Assembly: GCA_040900015.1 (NCBI GenBank)
Contig: JBBDZS010000001.1
Span: 1-37,026 of the forward strand
DNA length: 37,026 nucleotides
Reading direction: 5' to 3'
DNA from: Minisyncoccota bacterium
GTDB taxonomy: Bacteria; Patescibacteriota; Minisyncoccia; Phycocordibacterales; UBA9973
The notes under the pieces are model-generated. The model was not told the DNA's origin, did no database searches, and was given only the letters and a program-made list of their open reading frames with translations. Positions 7,898 through 15,865 of this stretch are shown piece by piece (the stretch's first letter is position 1; every line of letters begins with the position of its first letter). The position numbers were made by a program, and so were the translations under genes.

Positions 7898-7942
7898 TAT
7901 CATAGGAAATTAAACTGCTTTAATTTTTTATGATATGGTGCG
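7891..7942. repeat. 52 nt near-perfect hairpin whose 5' arm includes the last 7 nt (CGCACCA) of tRNA-Val
   Basis: CGCACCATATCATA (7891-7904) pairs perfectly with TATGATATGGTGCG (7929-7942). An inner 8 bp stem AAATTAAA/TTTAATTT closes a CTGC loop. Confidence 0.8.
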
Positions 7943-8050
7943 AGCCGGAGCCATGTTTTTTCAGCAGAATAAACAGGCGAGGCAGGGTCGTGAAATTTTG
8001 CGAGCGACGGCAAGCAAAATATTCCTGACCACCAAGGTCGCACTCTAATT

Positions 8051-8122
8051 GCCTTCGTAGTTCAATGGATAGAACAGGACTCTTCTAAGGTCTTGATGTA
8101 GGTTCGATTCCTACCGAAGGCA
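8051..8122 (+). tRNA. tRNA-Arg (anticodon TCT)
   Basis: GCCTTCG-TA-GTTCAATGGATAGAAC-A-GGACT-CTTCTAA-GGTCT-TGAT-GTAGGTTCGATTCCTAC-CGAAGGC-A. Confidence 0.9.
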
Positions 8123-8123
8123 C

Positions 8124-8825
8124 ATGAAAATTAAAATCTTATATGAAGACGCAAATATTCTAGTAGTAGACAAGCCGAGCGGGATAGCTGTGCATCCCGA
8201 TGGACGCACCAAAGAAAAAACTTTGACCGATTGGGTCATAAAAAATTACCCTAGAATGAAGAATGTGGGGGAGCCTCTTGGAGAAATATCGCGACCGGGA
8301 GTAGTACATCGGCTGGATCGCGACACTTCGGGGGTTCTTCTTCTTGCAAAAAACCAAAAGGCTTATGAATTCCTGAAGAATCAGTTTAAAGAGAGGAGCA
8401 TTAAAAAAATATATAACGCAATCGTCTCTGGTTGGCCGAAAAATGACCGGGGTGTGGTGAACAAGCCGATTGGTCGCAGTCCAAATGATTTTCGTCGGTG
8501 GCTGGCTGGGCGGGGTGCTCGCGGAGAGCTACGTGAATCTATAACCGAATATAAAGTTTTAAAAAGATTTAGTGATAAAAACGGAAAGTGGAGCTATCTG
8601 GAAATCAAGCCAAAGACCGGCCGAACTCATCAAATCCGCGTGCATATGAAGTATTTAAGTTTTCCTGTGGCGAATGATGCTTTGTACAATCCCGGTAAAA
8701 GAGGCCCCGTAGGTATCAAAAGGATGGCGCTTCATGCGCTGTCTATAGAGTTGAAAGATTTGAAGGGCAAAACGCTAAAAGTTGAATCCTCCTTACCAAA
8801 AGAATTCAAGGAGGTGCTAAAATAA
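8124..8825 (+). CDS. RluA-family pseudouridine synthase without an S4 domain
   Basis: 233 aa. ILVVDKPSGIAVHP, HRLDRDTSGVLLLAK and TGRTHQIRVH motifs. The ATG begins 1 nt after the tRNA-Arg discriminator base. Confidence 0.9.
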   Translation: MKIKILYEDANILVVDKPSGIAVHPDGRTKEKTLTDWVIKNYPRMKNVGEPLGEISRPGVVHRLDRDTSGVLLLAKNQKAYEFLKNQFKERSIKKIYNAIVSGWPKNDRGVVNKPIGRSPNDFRRWLAGRGARGELRESITEYKVLKRFSDKNGKWSYLEIKPKTGRTHQIRVHMKYLSFPVANDALYNPGKRGPVGIKRMALHALSIELKDLKGKTLKVESSLPKEFKEVLK

Positions 8826-8885
8826 AGCAATGCAAGCGGAAATCAAATCACATTCGCAAAGCTCAGTATCTACGACCTGTCAGAA

Positions 8886-8914
8886 TTGCAAAAGCAGAGG
8901 CTTTATGGTAAATT
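8886..8914 (+). promoter_or_regulatory. Sigma-70-like promoter for rplS (TTGCAA - 17 nt - TAAATT, with TGg upstream of the -10)
   Basis: Hexamers read at 8886-8891 and 8909-8914. The ATG is 9 nt downstream of the -10. Confidence 0.5.
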
Positions 8915-8923
8915 GAATCCACT

Positions 8924-9340
8924 ATGGCAGGGAGAAATATAAAATTCAGTCCGGTAGACATTGAGGAGCGAAAAAAGCTCAATTTTCAATCTGGCGACAC
9001 GGTACGAGTTTGGTCCAAGATTTTGGACGAGAAGGGTAAATCTCGCCTGCAGGCATTTGAGGGCACCGTGCTCGCCCGCAAGCATGGCTCGGAAGCCGGA
9101 GCGACTTTTACTGTTAGGAAGATTGCTTCCGGAGTAGGAGTCGAAAGAATCTTTCCTTTGTTTTCTCCGATGGTGGATCGAGTCGAGATCGTAAAAAAAT
9201 CTCGAGCTCGCAGATCCAAACTATACTATATAAGAACCAAAGCTGTCCGAGATGTCCGTCGTAAGATGCGCTCTGCCACATCTTTCTCTCTAGTTGAGGC
9301 TACTCCAGTTGAAGCAGTCGAAGAAACTAAGCCGGAATAA
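8924..9340 (+). CDS. rplS: 50S ribosomal protein L19
   Basis: 138 aa. FQSGDTVRVWSKI..GKSRLQAFEGTVLARKH...TFTVRKIASGVGVERIFPLFSP is the classic bL19 core. Confidence 0.95.
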   Translation: MAGRNIKFSPVDIEERKKLNFQSGDTVRVWSKILDEKGKSRLQAFEGTVLARKHGSEAGATFTVRKIASGVGVERIFPLFSPMVDRVEIVKKSRARRSKLYYIRTKAVRDVRRKMRSATSFSLVEATPVEAVEETKPE

Positions 9341-9344
9341 AAAT

Positions 9345-9428
9345 GCCCAGGTGGCGAAACTGGTAGACGTACTACCTTGAGGTGGTAGCGCCCGCAAGGG
9401 CATGGGAGTTCAAATCTCCCCCTGGGCA
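9345..9428 (+). tRNA. tRNA-Leu (anticodon GAG), long variable arm
   Basis: GCCCAGG...CTACC-TTGAGGT-GGTAG-CGCCCGCAAGGGCAT-GGGAGTTCAAATCTCCC-CCTGGGC-A. Confidence 0.9.
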
Positions 9429-9454
9429 CATTTAGCTGTGTTATAATAAGGTCA

Positions 9455-11596
9455 TTGAACAAGAAAATTACAAGAGAATTTCTTGATATTTTTAACATAA
9501 ACAAGTCCAAGTATCTTTTTTGGTTCTTTCTGATTGCCTGTTTGTATTTTATTTTAGGCTTGATGGGTCTTTTGTCGGACTCCGTTTCGGGTTTTACTTC
9601 TTTTATTTGGGCACCTACCGGCATATCCATCGCGCTTCTTTTTCTCTCTGGTTTGCGTTTCGCTCCGGCTTTGTTTTTGGGTGCGGTATTGATCAATCTC
9701 TCAATTGGGGCCTCTCTTTTTGTCGCCTTTAGCGTCGGACTAGGAAATATGTTGGAAGCGATCATTGCGGTTATGTTTCTTAGAAAATTTTCTTTCAACC
9801 CGTCGCTTTCCCGGATTCAGGATGTAATAATTTTAGTCATTCCCTCTATACTCTTCAGTACATTTGTGGCCTCTATTATAGGAGTAGCAGCACTTTCTTT
9901 TGGGGGAATTATTTCCCCGGAGAACTATGTTAATACCTGGGTCGCTTGGTGGGTGAGAGACACGATGGGAGCACTCGTTTTTGCCCCCGCGGTACTGGTT
10001 TGGTTTAGGCCGATAAAGGAAATAATAAACACAATACTTACTTGGGCGAAAAAAATGGAGGTGCTTAGCGCATTTCTACTTCTCATTCTTATTAATTTTG
10101 TGGTTTTCTTCTCAGTATCTGGTGATTTCTGGACCAACCATTCTTTTGCTTACCTAATATTTATTCCGCTCATATGGATCGCTCTTAGAATGGGCCAAAA
10201 AGGTTCAGTAACCGCTATTTTCATCACATCCATAATTGCTATATATAGTACGGCTACTGGGAGGGGCCCATTTATCGAGGAAACGCTCGGACAGGGATTG
10301 ATAACTCTGTATATATTCATGGGCACAGTTTCGCTCACGATGATGACTCTTGCAGCCACGGTTTCGGAAAAAATCACAGCCCTGGAAACTCTGAAAATAG
10401 AGGGCAAAAAACTTACCCAGGAAAAAGCCAGAACGGACGCTGTTTTTCTTTCTATCGGCGACGGTTTAGTAGTCACCGATAGGGAAGGCAGAATCACAAT
10501 GATCAACAAGGCCTTTGAACACTTGCTCGGATGGACCAAGGAGGAAGCTCTTGGAAAAGTTTTTGTTGATATTGTTCCAAAGGAAGATGAAAAGGGTGTT
10601 CGCATAATGAATGAAGATCGGACCACTCACAAGACACTTTCTGGCAACAAAACAGAAGTTTCTGGACCACACCAGATTCATTATCTTGTTCGCAAAGATG
10701 GGACTAGGTTCCCAGTCAGCATGACATCAAACGCAGTGCACGATGGCAATATGGAGGGGGTAGTCCAAGTATTTTGGGACATTACAAAAGAAAAAGAAAT
10801 TGATACAGCTAAAACAGAATTTGTCTCTCTTGCCTCCCATCAATTGCGTACACCCGCCACCAATATGAAGTGGTTCCTAGAAATGCTTCTTTCTGGTGAG
10901 GTGGGGGCTCTAAACAAAAAGCAAAAAGAATATTTCGACGAAGTGTACAAAAATAATCAGCGAATGATCGGACTCATTAACACCATACTAAATGTTTCCC
11001 GCATCGAGCTTGGTATATTTGAAGTGACGCCTATACCTACTGATATGAAATCGCTCATTAGCGGGATACTAGATGAGCATCAATCCCTTATTAAGGAAAA
11101 AAGTCTAATGGTCAGAGAATCTTACGCAAGCGACCTCTCCACAATATTGATAGATCCGAAGCTCGTTCGGATTGTCATACACAACCTTATTTCCAATGCG
11201 GTGAAATATACCCCGCCAAAAGGCCGGATTGACCTTGATGTATATATCAAGAAACGGGAAGAGAATGTCAGCGGGCGTAAAATGAAAAAAGATAGCATAA
11301 TCGTAGCGGTCCATGATACTGGATATGGAATACCCGCGAACCAAGTCAAAAAAATATTTACCAGGCTCTTTCGAGCAGATAATGTTCGGCAAAAAGATAC
11401 TGACGGTACGGGCTTGGGCTTGTACTTGGCCCGGATGATCGCGGAACACACCAAAGGGGATTTGTGGTGTGAGTCCACGATTCGTAAAGGGAGCACTTTC
11501 TACTTGGCTATGCCCACAGAAGGAATGAAGAAAAAATCTGGATTGAAAGAAATCGCCGTAGGTTCAATAAAACAAAGGCGAAATAGGCATTATTAA
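9455..11596 (+). CDS. Sensor histidine kinase with an N-terminal multi-TM MASE1-like module, a PAS domain, HisKA and HATPase_c
   Basis: 713 aa. FIWAPTGISIALLF is MASE1-like. The PAS segment reads DAVFLSIGDGLVVTDREGRITMINKAFEHLLGW, the H-box is SHQLRTP, the N-box is NLISNAVKYT and the G-boxes are DTGYGIP and GTGLGLY. The start codon is a TTG lying 7 nt after TGtTATAAT. The first in-frame ATG would truncate TM1. Confidence 0.85.
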   Translation: MNKKITREFLDIFNINKSKYLFWFFLIACLYFILGLMGLLSDSVSGFTSFIWAPTGISIALLFLSGLRFAPALFLGAVLINLSIGASLFVAFSVGLGNMLEAIIAVMFLRKFSFNPSLSRIQDVIILVIPSILFSTFVASIIGVAALSFGGIISPENYVNTWVAWWVRDTMGALVFAPAVLVWFRPIKEIINTILTWAKKMEVLSAFLLLILINFVVFFSVSGDFWTNHSFAYLIFIPLIWIALRMGQKGSVTAIFITSIIAIYSTATGRGPFIEETLGQGLITLYIFMGTVSLTMMTLAATVSEKITALETLKIEGKKLTQEKARTDAVFLSIGDGLVVTDREGRITMINKAFEHLLGWTKEEALGKVFVDIVPKEDEKGVRIMNEDRTTHKTLSGNKTEVSGPHQIHYLVRKDGTRFPVSMTSNAVHDGNMEGVVQVFWDITKEKEIDTAKTEFVSLASHQLRTPATNMKWFLEMLLSGEVGALNKKQKEYFDEVYKNNQRMIGLINTILNVSRIELGIFEVTPIPTDMKSLISGILDEHQSLIKEKSLMVRESYASDLSTILIDPKLVRIVIHNLISNAVKYTPPKGRIDLDVYIKKREENVSGRKMKKDSIIVAVHDTGYGIPANQVKKIFTRLFRADNVRQKDTDGTGLGLYLARMIAEHTKGDLWCESTIRKGSTFYLAMPTEGMKKKSGLKEIAVGSIKQRRNRHY

Positions 11597-11612
11597 ATCA
11601 TTATTAAAAATA

Positions 11613-11641
11613 TTTGATTTTTAATTTACAAGGTATTATAA
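11613..11641 (+). promoter_or_regulatory. Sigma-70-like promoter (TTGATT - 17 nt - TATAAA) for the response regulator
   Basis: Hexamers at 11613-11618 and 11636-11641. The ATG is 10 nt downstream. Confidence 0.45.
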
Positions 11642-11651
11642 TTGGTAAGTT

Positions 11652-12056
11652 ATGGATATGAGTATAAAAAAGAAAAAAGGGCACTCAATCGCGATTATAG
11701 AAGACGAAGCTTCTCAAAGGAAGGCGCTTTCGGAGAAGTTTGCCCGGGAAGGGTTCAAGGTTTTTGAAGCTAAGGACGGGGGTGAGGGACTGAAGCTTGT
11801 CCTCAAGGAGCGTCCTGACATAATACTGCTTGATATTATGATGCCGGACATAGACGGGCTCACTATGATGAAGAAACTCCGTAATTCCAATAAATGGGGC
11901 AAGACCGTGCCAGTAGTTCTTCTTACAAACCTAAGCGCGGATACTGACGATATAATAAAAAGAATTTCCGAAGATGAGCCATCTTACTATCTGCTTAAGG
12001 CCAACTGGTCAATCGGCGACGTGGTAGATAAAGTCAACGAGCGACTGTCTAGATAA
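11652..12056 (+). CDS. Stand-alone receiver-domain response regulator (CheY-like)
   Basis: 134 aa. IAIIEDE, phospho-acceptor context ILLDIMMPDIDG, LLTN and a conserved Lys (LLKA). There is no output domain. Confidence 0.9.
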   Translation: MDMSIKKKKGHSIAIIEDEASQRKALSEKFAREGFKVFEAKDGGEGLKLVLKERPDIILLDIMMPDIDGLTMMKKLRNSNKWGKTVPVVLLTNLSADTDDIIKRISEDEPSYYLLKANWSIGDVVDKVNERLSR

Positions 12057-12085
12057 ATTTTTTCCACAATTTAAATATATTTCAA

Positions 12086-12113
12086 TTGACTATTCTATAG
12101 GAATAGGTATTAT
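12086..12113 (+). promoter_or_regulatory. Strong sigma-70-like promoter (TTGACT - 16 nt - TATTAT) driving the GC-rich two-ORF island
   Basis: It shares AATTGACTATT and GTATTATT blocks with the promoter-like element at 20245-20276. Confidence 0.55.
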
Positions 12114-12142
12114 TTTCCTGTATGTACATCAAGGGAGGTGGA

Positions 12143-12364
12143 ATGGGAATTCCGTATTCCGACGCGGAGATGAGCCACAGACTGCATGTGGCGAAGACGA
12201 TCGCCGATCAGCGGCGGCTCCTGCTCGATCCGGCACATGCGTGCCGGGTCAGGCGGACGGTTGGCGACACGCGTGCCGAGGAGGCCCGCCAGCTCGCTGC
12301 AAGCGCGAGGGCGGTGATTTTCGCGCAGGCGCGGTCTGAACTCGCGAGGCTCAAGGTCGACTAG
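12143..12364 (+). CDS. Small hypothetical protein (73 aa), first gene of GC-rich island 1
   Basis: The ATG at 12143 is preceded by AAGGGAGGTGG. Third codon positions are predominantly G/C in this frame. The predicted protein is helical and Arg/Ala-rich. The ORF track start at 12122 is an alternative. Confidence 0.5.
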   Translation: MGIPYSDAEMSHRLHVAKTIADQRRLLLDPAHACRVRRTVGDTRAEEARQLAASARAVIFAQARSELARLKVD

Positions 12365-12366
12365 CC

Positions 12367-12561
12367 ATGGACAGGTTGGCCATGAGTAAGGAGACCTATG
12401 ACCGGGAAGAAGCCCGACGGGCGAAGGACCCTCAAGGCTTCATCGAACGCGGGCAGGAACTTGCTCGCAGGCGACGCGACGCAATCAAGACCGAAATCAG
12501 ACGGGTTCAGGTCAACGAGCAGCGCTGCGCCGAAGTGCGCCGGGCCCTCCAAGGGGAATAA
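12367..12561 (+). CDS. Small hypothetical protein (64 aa), second gene of GC-rich island 1
   Basis: It starts 2 nt after the stop codon of the previous ORF. The product is a charged helical protein (EEARRAKDPQGFIERGQELARRRRDAIKTEIRR). The ORF ends 22 nt before a GC hairpin terminator. The frame choice is not certain. Confidence 0.4.
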   Translation: MDRLAMSKETYDREEARRAKDPQGFIERGQELARRRRDAIKTEIRRVQVNEQRCAEVRRALQGE

Positions 12562-12583
12562 AATTCTCCTAATCGTAGAACAA

Positions 12584-12625
12584 CGCGCCGGTGGAGAGCA
12601 TTCTCCCCGGCGCGAAGTAATTTTC
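12584..12625 (+). terminator. GC-rich hairpin terminator closing GC island 1
   Basis: CGCGCCGG-t-GGAGA-gcat-TCTCC-CCGGCGCG (12584-12614) is followed by AAGTAATTTTCATTTC. Confidence 0.6.
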
Positions 12626-12657
12626 ATTTCATTTGTTGTCTGTGCTATACTAATTTT

Positions 12658-13131
12658 ATGATATTTTCGGAAGATATTTTGGCACGAGTAGCCATTTTTA
12701 TTTTAGCAGTCTGTGGATTTTTAGTAGCTAAGCATATTTATAAACACAAGAAGGCAAATGCAAAGCCATTGGTTTGCCCGATACGGTTCGATTGCGCTAC
12801 TGTGGTGCACAGCGATTACTCAAAGCTTTTCGGAATCCCCGTGGAGAAACTAGGAATGCTTTATTATGCTCTCGTGGCGATAGGATATTTGTTTTTAATT
12901 TTTTCCCCGGCTGCTTTACCAGAGAATGCGATCTTATTTCTGATATTACTATCTCTGATTGCCTTTCTCTTTTCTGCTTACCTTATAGGCATACAGATAT
13001 TTGTTCTAAAAAAAGGATGCTCCTGGTGCATAGTGTCCGCATTCATTTGTCTTTCAATTTTCCTGGTTACTGTCTTTACTTACGACATCGAGAGTATTTT
13101 ACGAAACTTAATTCAGGCAGTAGGAGCATAA
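12658..13131 (+). CDS. Vitamin K epoxide reductase (VKOR) family membrane protein
   Basis: 157 aa with four TM helices, a loop Cys pair (CPIRFDC) and the CSWC active-site motif. TGcTATACT lies 6 nt upstream of the ATG. Confidence 0.8.
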   Translation: MIFSEDILARVAIFILAVCGFLVAKHIYKHKKANAKPLVCPIRFDCATVVHSDYSKLFGIPVEKLGMLYYALVAIGYLFLIFSPAALPENAILFLILLSLIAFLFSAYLIGIQIFVLKKGCSWCIVSAFICLSIFLVTVFTYDIESILRNLIQAVGA

Positions 13132-13134
13132 GTA

Positions 13135-15744
13135 ATGCATAATGAAGCAAAAATATTCACGCAGCTCTGGGCGCTCTCCAAGGATGAAGTCCTAACAAAA
13201 CTGGATACAAGGGAAAAAGGGCTAAATGAAGAAGAAGCCAAATCCAGGCTCGCGCTCTATGGCAGTAATACCTTCCACTCTAAGGAAAGGGTAAATATAT
13301 TGTCTCTCTTCCTTAAGCAGTTTGTAAGCCCTCTTATTTTTCTCTTGGTTGGGGCTAGTATTATGACAGCGTTCTTGGGGGAATGGATTGACACTGGAGT
13401 CATTGCGTTTGCAGTTTTACTCAATGTCTTTCTCGGCTTTTACCACGAATACAATGCCGAGAGTACTCTGGATAAACTCAAGACTTACATAAAGGACAGA
13501 GCTAGGGTAGTGCGAGGAGGAATAGAACAAGAAGTAGATTCCGCGCTCTTAGTGCCCGGAGATTTGATTAAACTTGCCTATGGTTCCCGCATTCCGGCTG
13601 ATGCTCGAATCCTTGGTGTGAATAATTTTCAGGTTGATGAGGCAATTTTGACCGGAGAAGCCCTACCAATAGAGAAAAGCACCGAGGTAATACACGCATC
13701 GGCAGTAGTGGCGGACCGATTGAACATAGTACATGCCGGAACCTTAGTGGTGCAAGGTTTTGCCACGGCGGCCGTGTATGCCACTGGAAACAATACGGAA
13801 ATTGGACAGATAGCTGGTATTGTTTCGAGGACCAGCAGAATCAAGACACCTCTTCAAAAGGGGGTTTATAAGCTGGCCTGGTTGATATTCATAGTGGTTA
13901 ATATCATTATCATTGGGATTTTCGTCTTAGGGGTATCAAGAGGAGAGCCATTAGTCCCAATGTTGCTTCTTTCGGTGGCGGTAGCCGTTGGCGCTGTGCC
14001 CGAGAGCTTACCCATCGCTCTTACTGTCATTCTCGCGATTGGGTCGCTGCGAATTGCTGAGAAAAGAGGAATAATTAGGAAGCTTACCGCGGCGGAAACC
14101 TTGGGCTCGACGACTCTCATTATGACCGACAAGACAGGCACCCTCACTATGGCGGATATGCAGCTAGTAGGGATACATAGTTTGGAATCCATTCTAGCTC
14201 TTGAAAAAAATTCTATTGTAGAAGGTAGTTTTTCCCATGAACAAAAAAAACTTTTAGAGCTCGCTTTGCTTAATATCGATGTGTCAATCGAGAATCCGGA
14301 AGAAGACAAGAGCAAATGGATTTTTAAAGGTAGGCCGTTTGAGGTGAATATTGCGAAAGCCTGCCGTTTACATGACATACCTCTTGAGTCGGTACTATCT
14401 TCTATAACTCACTTAGTTCTGCCGTTTAATTCAACTAATAAGTTTTCAGTGGCGGAGGCCGATGAGATATATGTTGTAATGGGTGCTCCTGATATACTGC
14501 TCCGAAAATCCGGTATTTCTAAGGAGAAATATTTGGAAGTCGAATCTTGGATTGAGGCTACCAGCCGGGATGGCAAAAGATTGATTGGTATCGGAACTGT
14601 GCCTAAGAAGAAACATAAGGATTTGAATATTCACGAAATTGCCGACATAAAGTTCCTTGGCATATTTGCTTTCTTTGACCCTATCCGTCCCGAAGTTCCT
14701 AAGGCTATTAAAAATATTGAATCACACGGAATTAAAATGGTTCTAGTGACCGGAGATATGGTCGGCACGGCTTTGTCTGTGGCCAAAAGTTTGGATTGGA
14801 AAGTTTCCGAAGATGAGTCTCTTTCTGGCGTTGATATTCGAGCCTTTACTGATGAGGAGTTACTCAATCTGCTGTCCAAGATTAAGATTTTCGCTCGGGT
14901 CACACCCGAAGACAAGTTGCGCATCGGCCGCCTTTATCAACAACAAGGAGAGATAGTGGCAATGACTGGAGACGGAGTCAACGACGCTCCCGCTCTGAAG
15001 GCCATGGACATAGGCATTTCACTCGGGTCTGGAAGCGATGTGGCAAAGAGCGCGGCAGACCTTGTCCTACTCGATGATAATTTCGAAACAATCAGTTTGG
15101 CTATCGACGAAGGCAGGAAAATACTAGGGAACCTGAGAAAGACTTTTGTCTATCTGATGTCTAATTCGCTCGACCAGGTATTTCTGATCGGGGGGAGCCT
15201 GATTATGGGATTGGCATTGCCTCTTACAGCACTCCAGATCATTTGGGTGAACCTGTTTACAGGATCCTTGCCAGCCTTGTCCTTTGCTTTTGATACGGAT
15301 ATCGATCATGAAAGGTACAACGGGAAGGACCTGAAGCTGATTTTTACCAAGGAGGTAAAAATACTAACTTTCGGTATCGGTGTCCTATCCTCTACTTTGC
15401 TTTTCTTCCTTTATTATTTCCTGCTTCAGATAGGCGTCGAACTCCAGGCAGCCAGATCCATTCTCTTCGTGTGTTTTTCTTCCTATGTTCTGGTCATCGC
15501 TTTTTCATTTCGTAGTTTGCATCAACCACTATTCGCATACAAAGTTTTTTCAAATATGAAGCTCAATCTTAGTGTTTTACTTGCGGCGGGCCTCCTCATT
15601 TTTACTATGACCGTTCCGTTTATGCGTGAAATTTTCGGGCTGGCGCCGATGCCACTCTCTTGGTTACCTTTCATTATTTTTTGGCTCATTTTTAATATTA
15701 TCTTAGTAGAAGGAGCGAAATATATACTACGAAAAGCACGATAA
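13135..15744 (+). CDS. P-type (E1-E2) cation-transporting ATPase, type II-like (Ca2+/Mg2+ class)
   Basis: 869 aa. TGE, DKTGTLT, TGD and TGDGVNDAPALK motifs. AGGAG lies 8 nt upstream of the ATG. Confidence 0.9.
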   Translation: MHNEAKIFTQLWALSKDEVLTKLDTREKGLNEEEAKSRLALYGSNTFHSKERVNILSLFLKQFVSPLIFLLVGASIMTAFLGEWIDTGVIAFAVLLNVFLGFYHEYNAESTLDKLKTYIKDRARVVRGGIEQEVDSALLVPGDLIKLAYGSRIPADARILGVNNFQVDEAILTGEALPIEKSTEVIHASAVVADRLNIVHAGTLVVQGFATAAVYATGNNTEIGQIAGIVSRTSRIKTPLQKGVYKLAWLIFIVVNIIIIGIFVLGVSRGEPLVPMLLLSVAVAVGAVPESLPIALTVILAIGSLRIAEKRGIIRKLTAAETLGSTTLIMTDKTGTLTMADMQLVGIHSLESILALEKNSIVEGSFSHEQKKLLELALLNIDVSIENPEEDKSKWIFKGRPFEVNIAKACRLHDIPLESVLSSITHLVLPFNSTNKFSVAEADEIYVVMGAPDILLRKSGISKEKYLEVESWIEATSRDGKRLIGIGTVPKKKHKDLNIHEIADIKFLGIFAFFDPIRPEVPKAIKNIESHGIKMVLVTGDMVGTALSVAKSLDWKVSEDESLSGVDIRAFTDEELLNLLSKIKIFARVTPEDKLRIGRLYQQQGEIVAMTGDGVNDAPALKAMDIGISLGSGSDVAKSAADLVLLDDNFETISLAIDEGRKILGNLRKTFVYLMSNSLDQVFLIGGSLIMGLALPLTALQIIWVNLFTGSLPALSFAFDTDIDHERYNGKDLKLIFTKEVKILTFGIGVLSSTLLFFLYYFLLQIGVELQAARSILFVCFSSYVLVIAFSFRSLHQPLFAYKVFSNMKLNLSVLLAAGLLIFTMTVPFMREIFGLAPMPLSWLPFIIFWLIFNIILVEGAKYILRKAR

Positions 15745-15786
15745 ATTCGCATTTTTTCGAAATTTTTGCTATAACTAAAAACACAT

Positions 15787-15858
15787 GGTGGCTATGGTGT
15801 AGCGGCAGCACGCGAGCTTGTGGAGCTCTCAGTCTGGGTTCAACTCCCAGTAGCCACC
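15787..15858 (+). tRNA. tRNA-His (anticodon GTG) with an encoded G-1
   Basis: G-GTGGCTA...CGAGC-TTGTGGA-GCTCT...CTGGGTTCAACTCCCAG-TAGCCAC-C. G-1 can pair with the discriminator C. Confidence 0.85.
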
Positions 15859-15865
15859 CAATTTC

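Noticed and set aside
9226-9798. ORFs overlapping tRNA genes: 9226-9798 (-) over tRNA-Leu, 3942-4142 (+) over tRNA-Ser, and 15698-15937 (-) and 15820-16110 (+) over tRNA-His.
   Set aside because: They read through well-folded tRNA genes and into neighbouring real CDSs. They are artefacts of ORF calling.
12361-12661. Alternative frames in GC island 1: 12398-12661 (+), which has a TAAGGAG 4 nt upstream of its ATG, and 12361-12627 (-).
   Set aside because: High-GC DNA keeps several frames open. The + frame at 12398 gives an Arg/Ser/Gly/Pro low-complexity product and reads straight through the terminator hairpin into the VKOR promoter. The minus ORF has no promoter or SD and runs against the promoter-SD-terminator logic. 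This rejection is not absolute, and the issue is flagged in the island finding.
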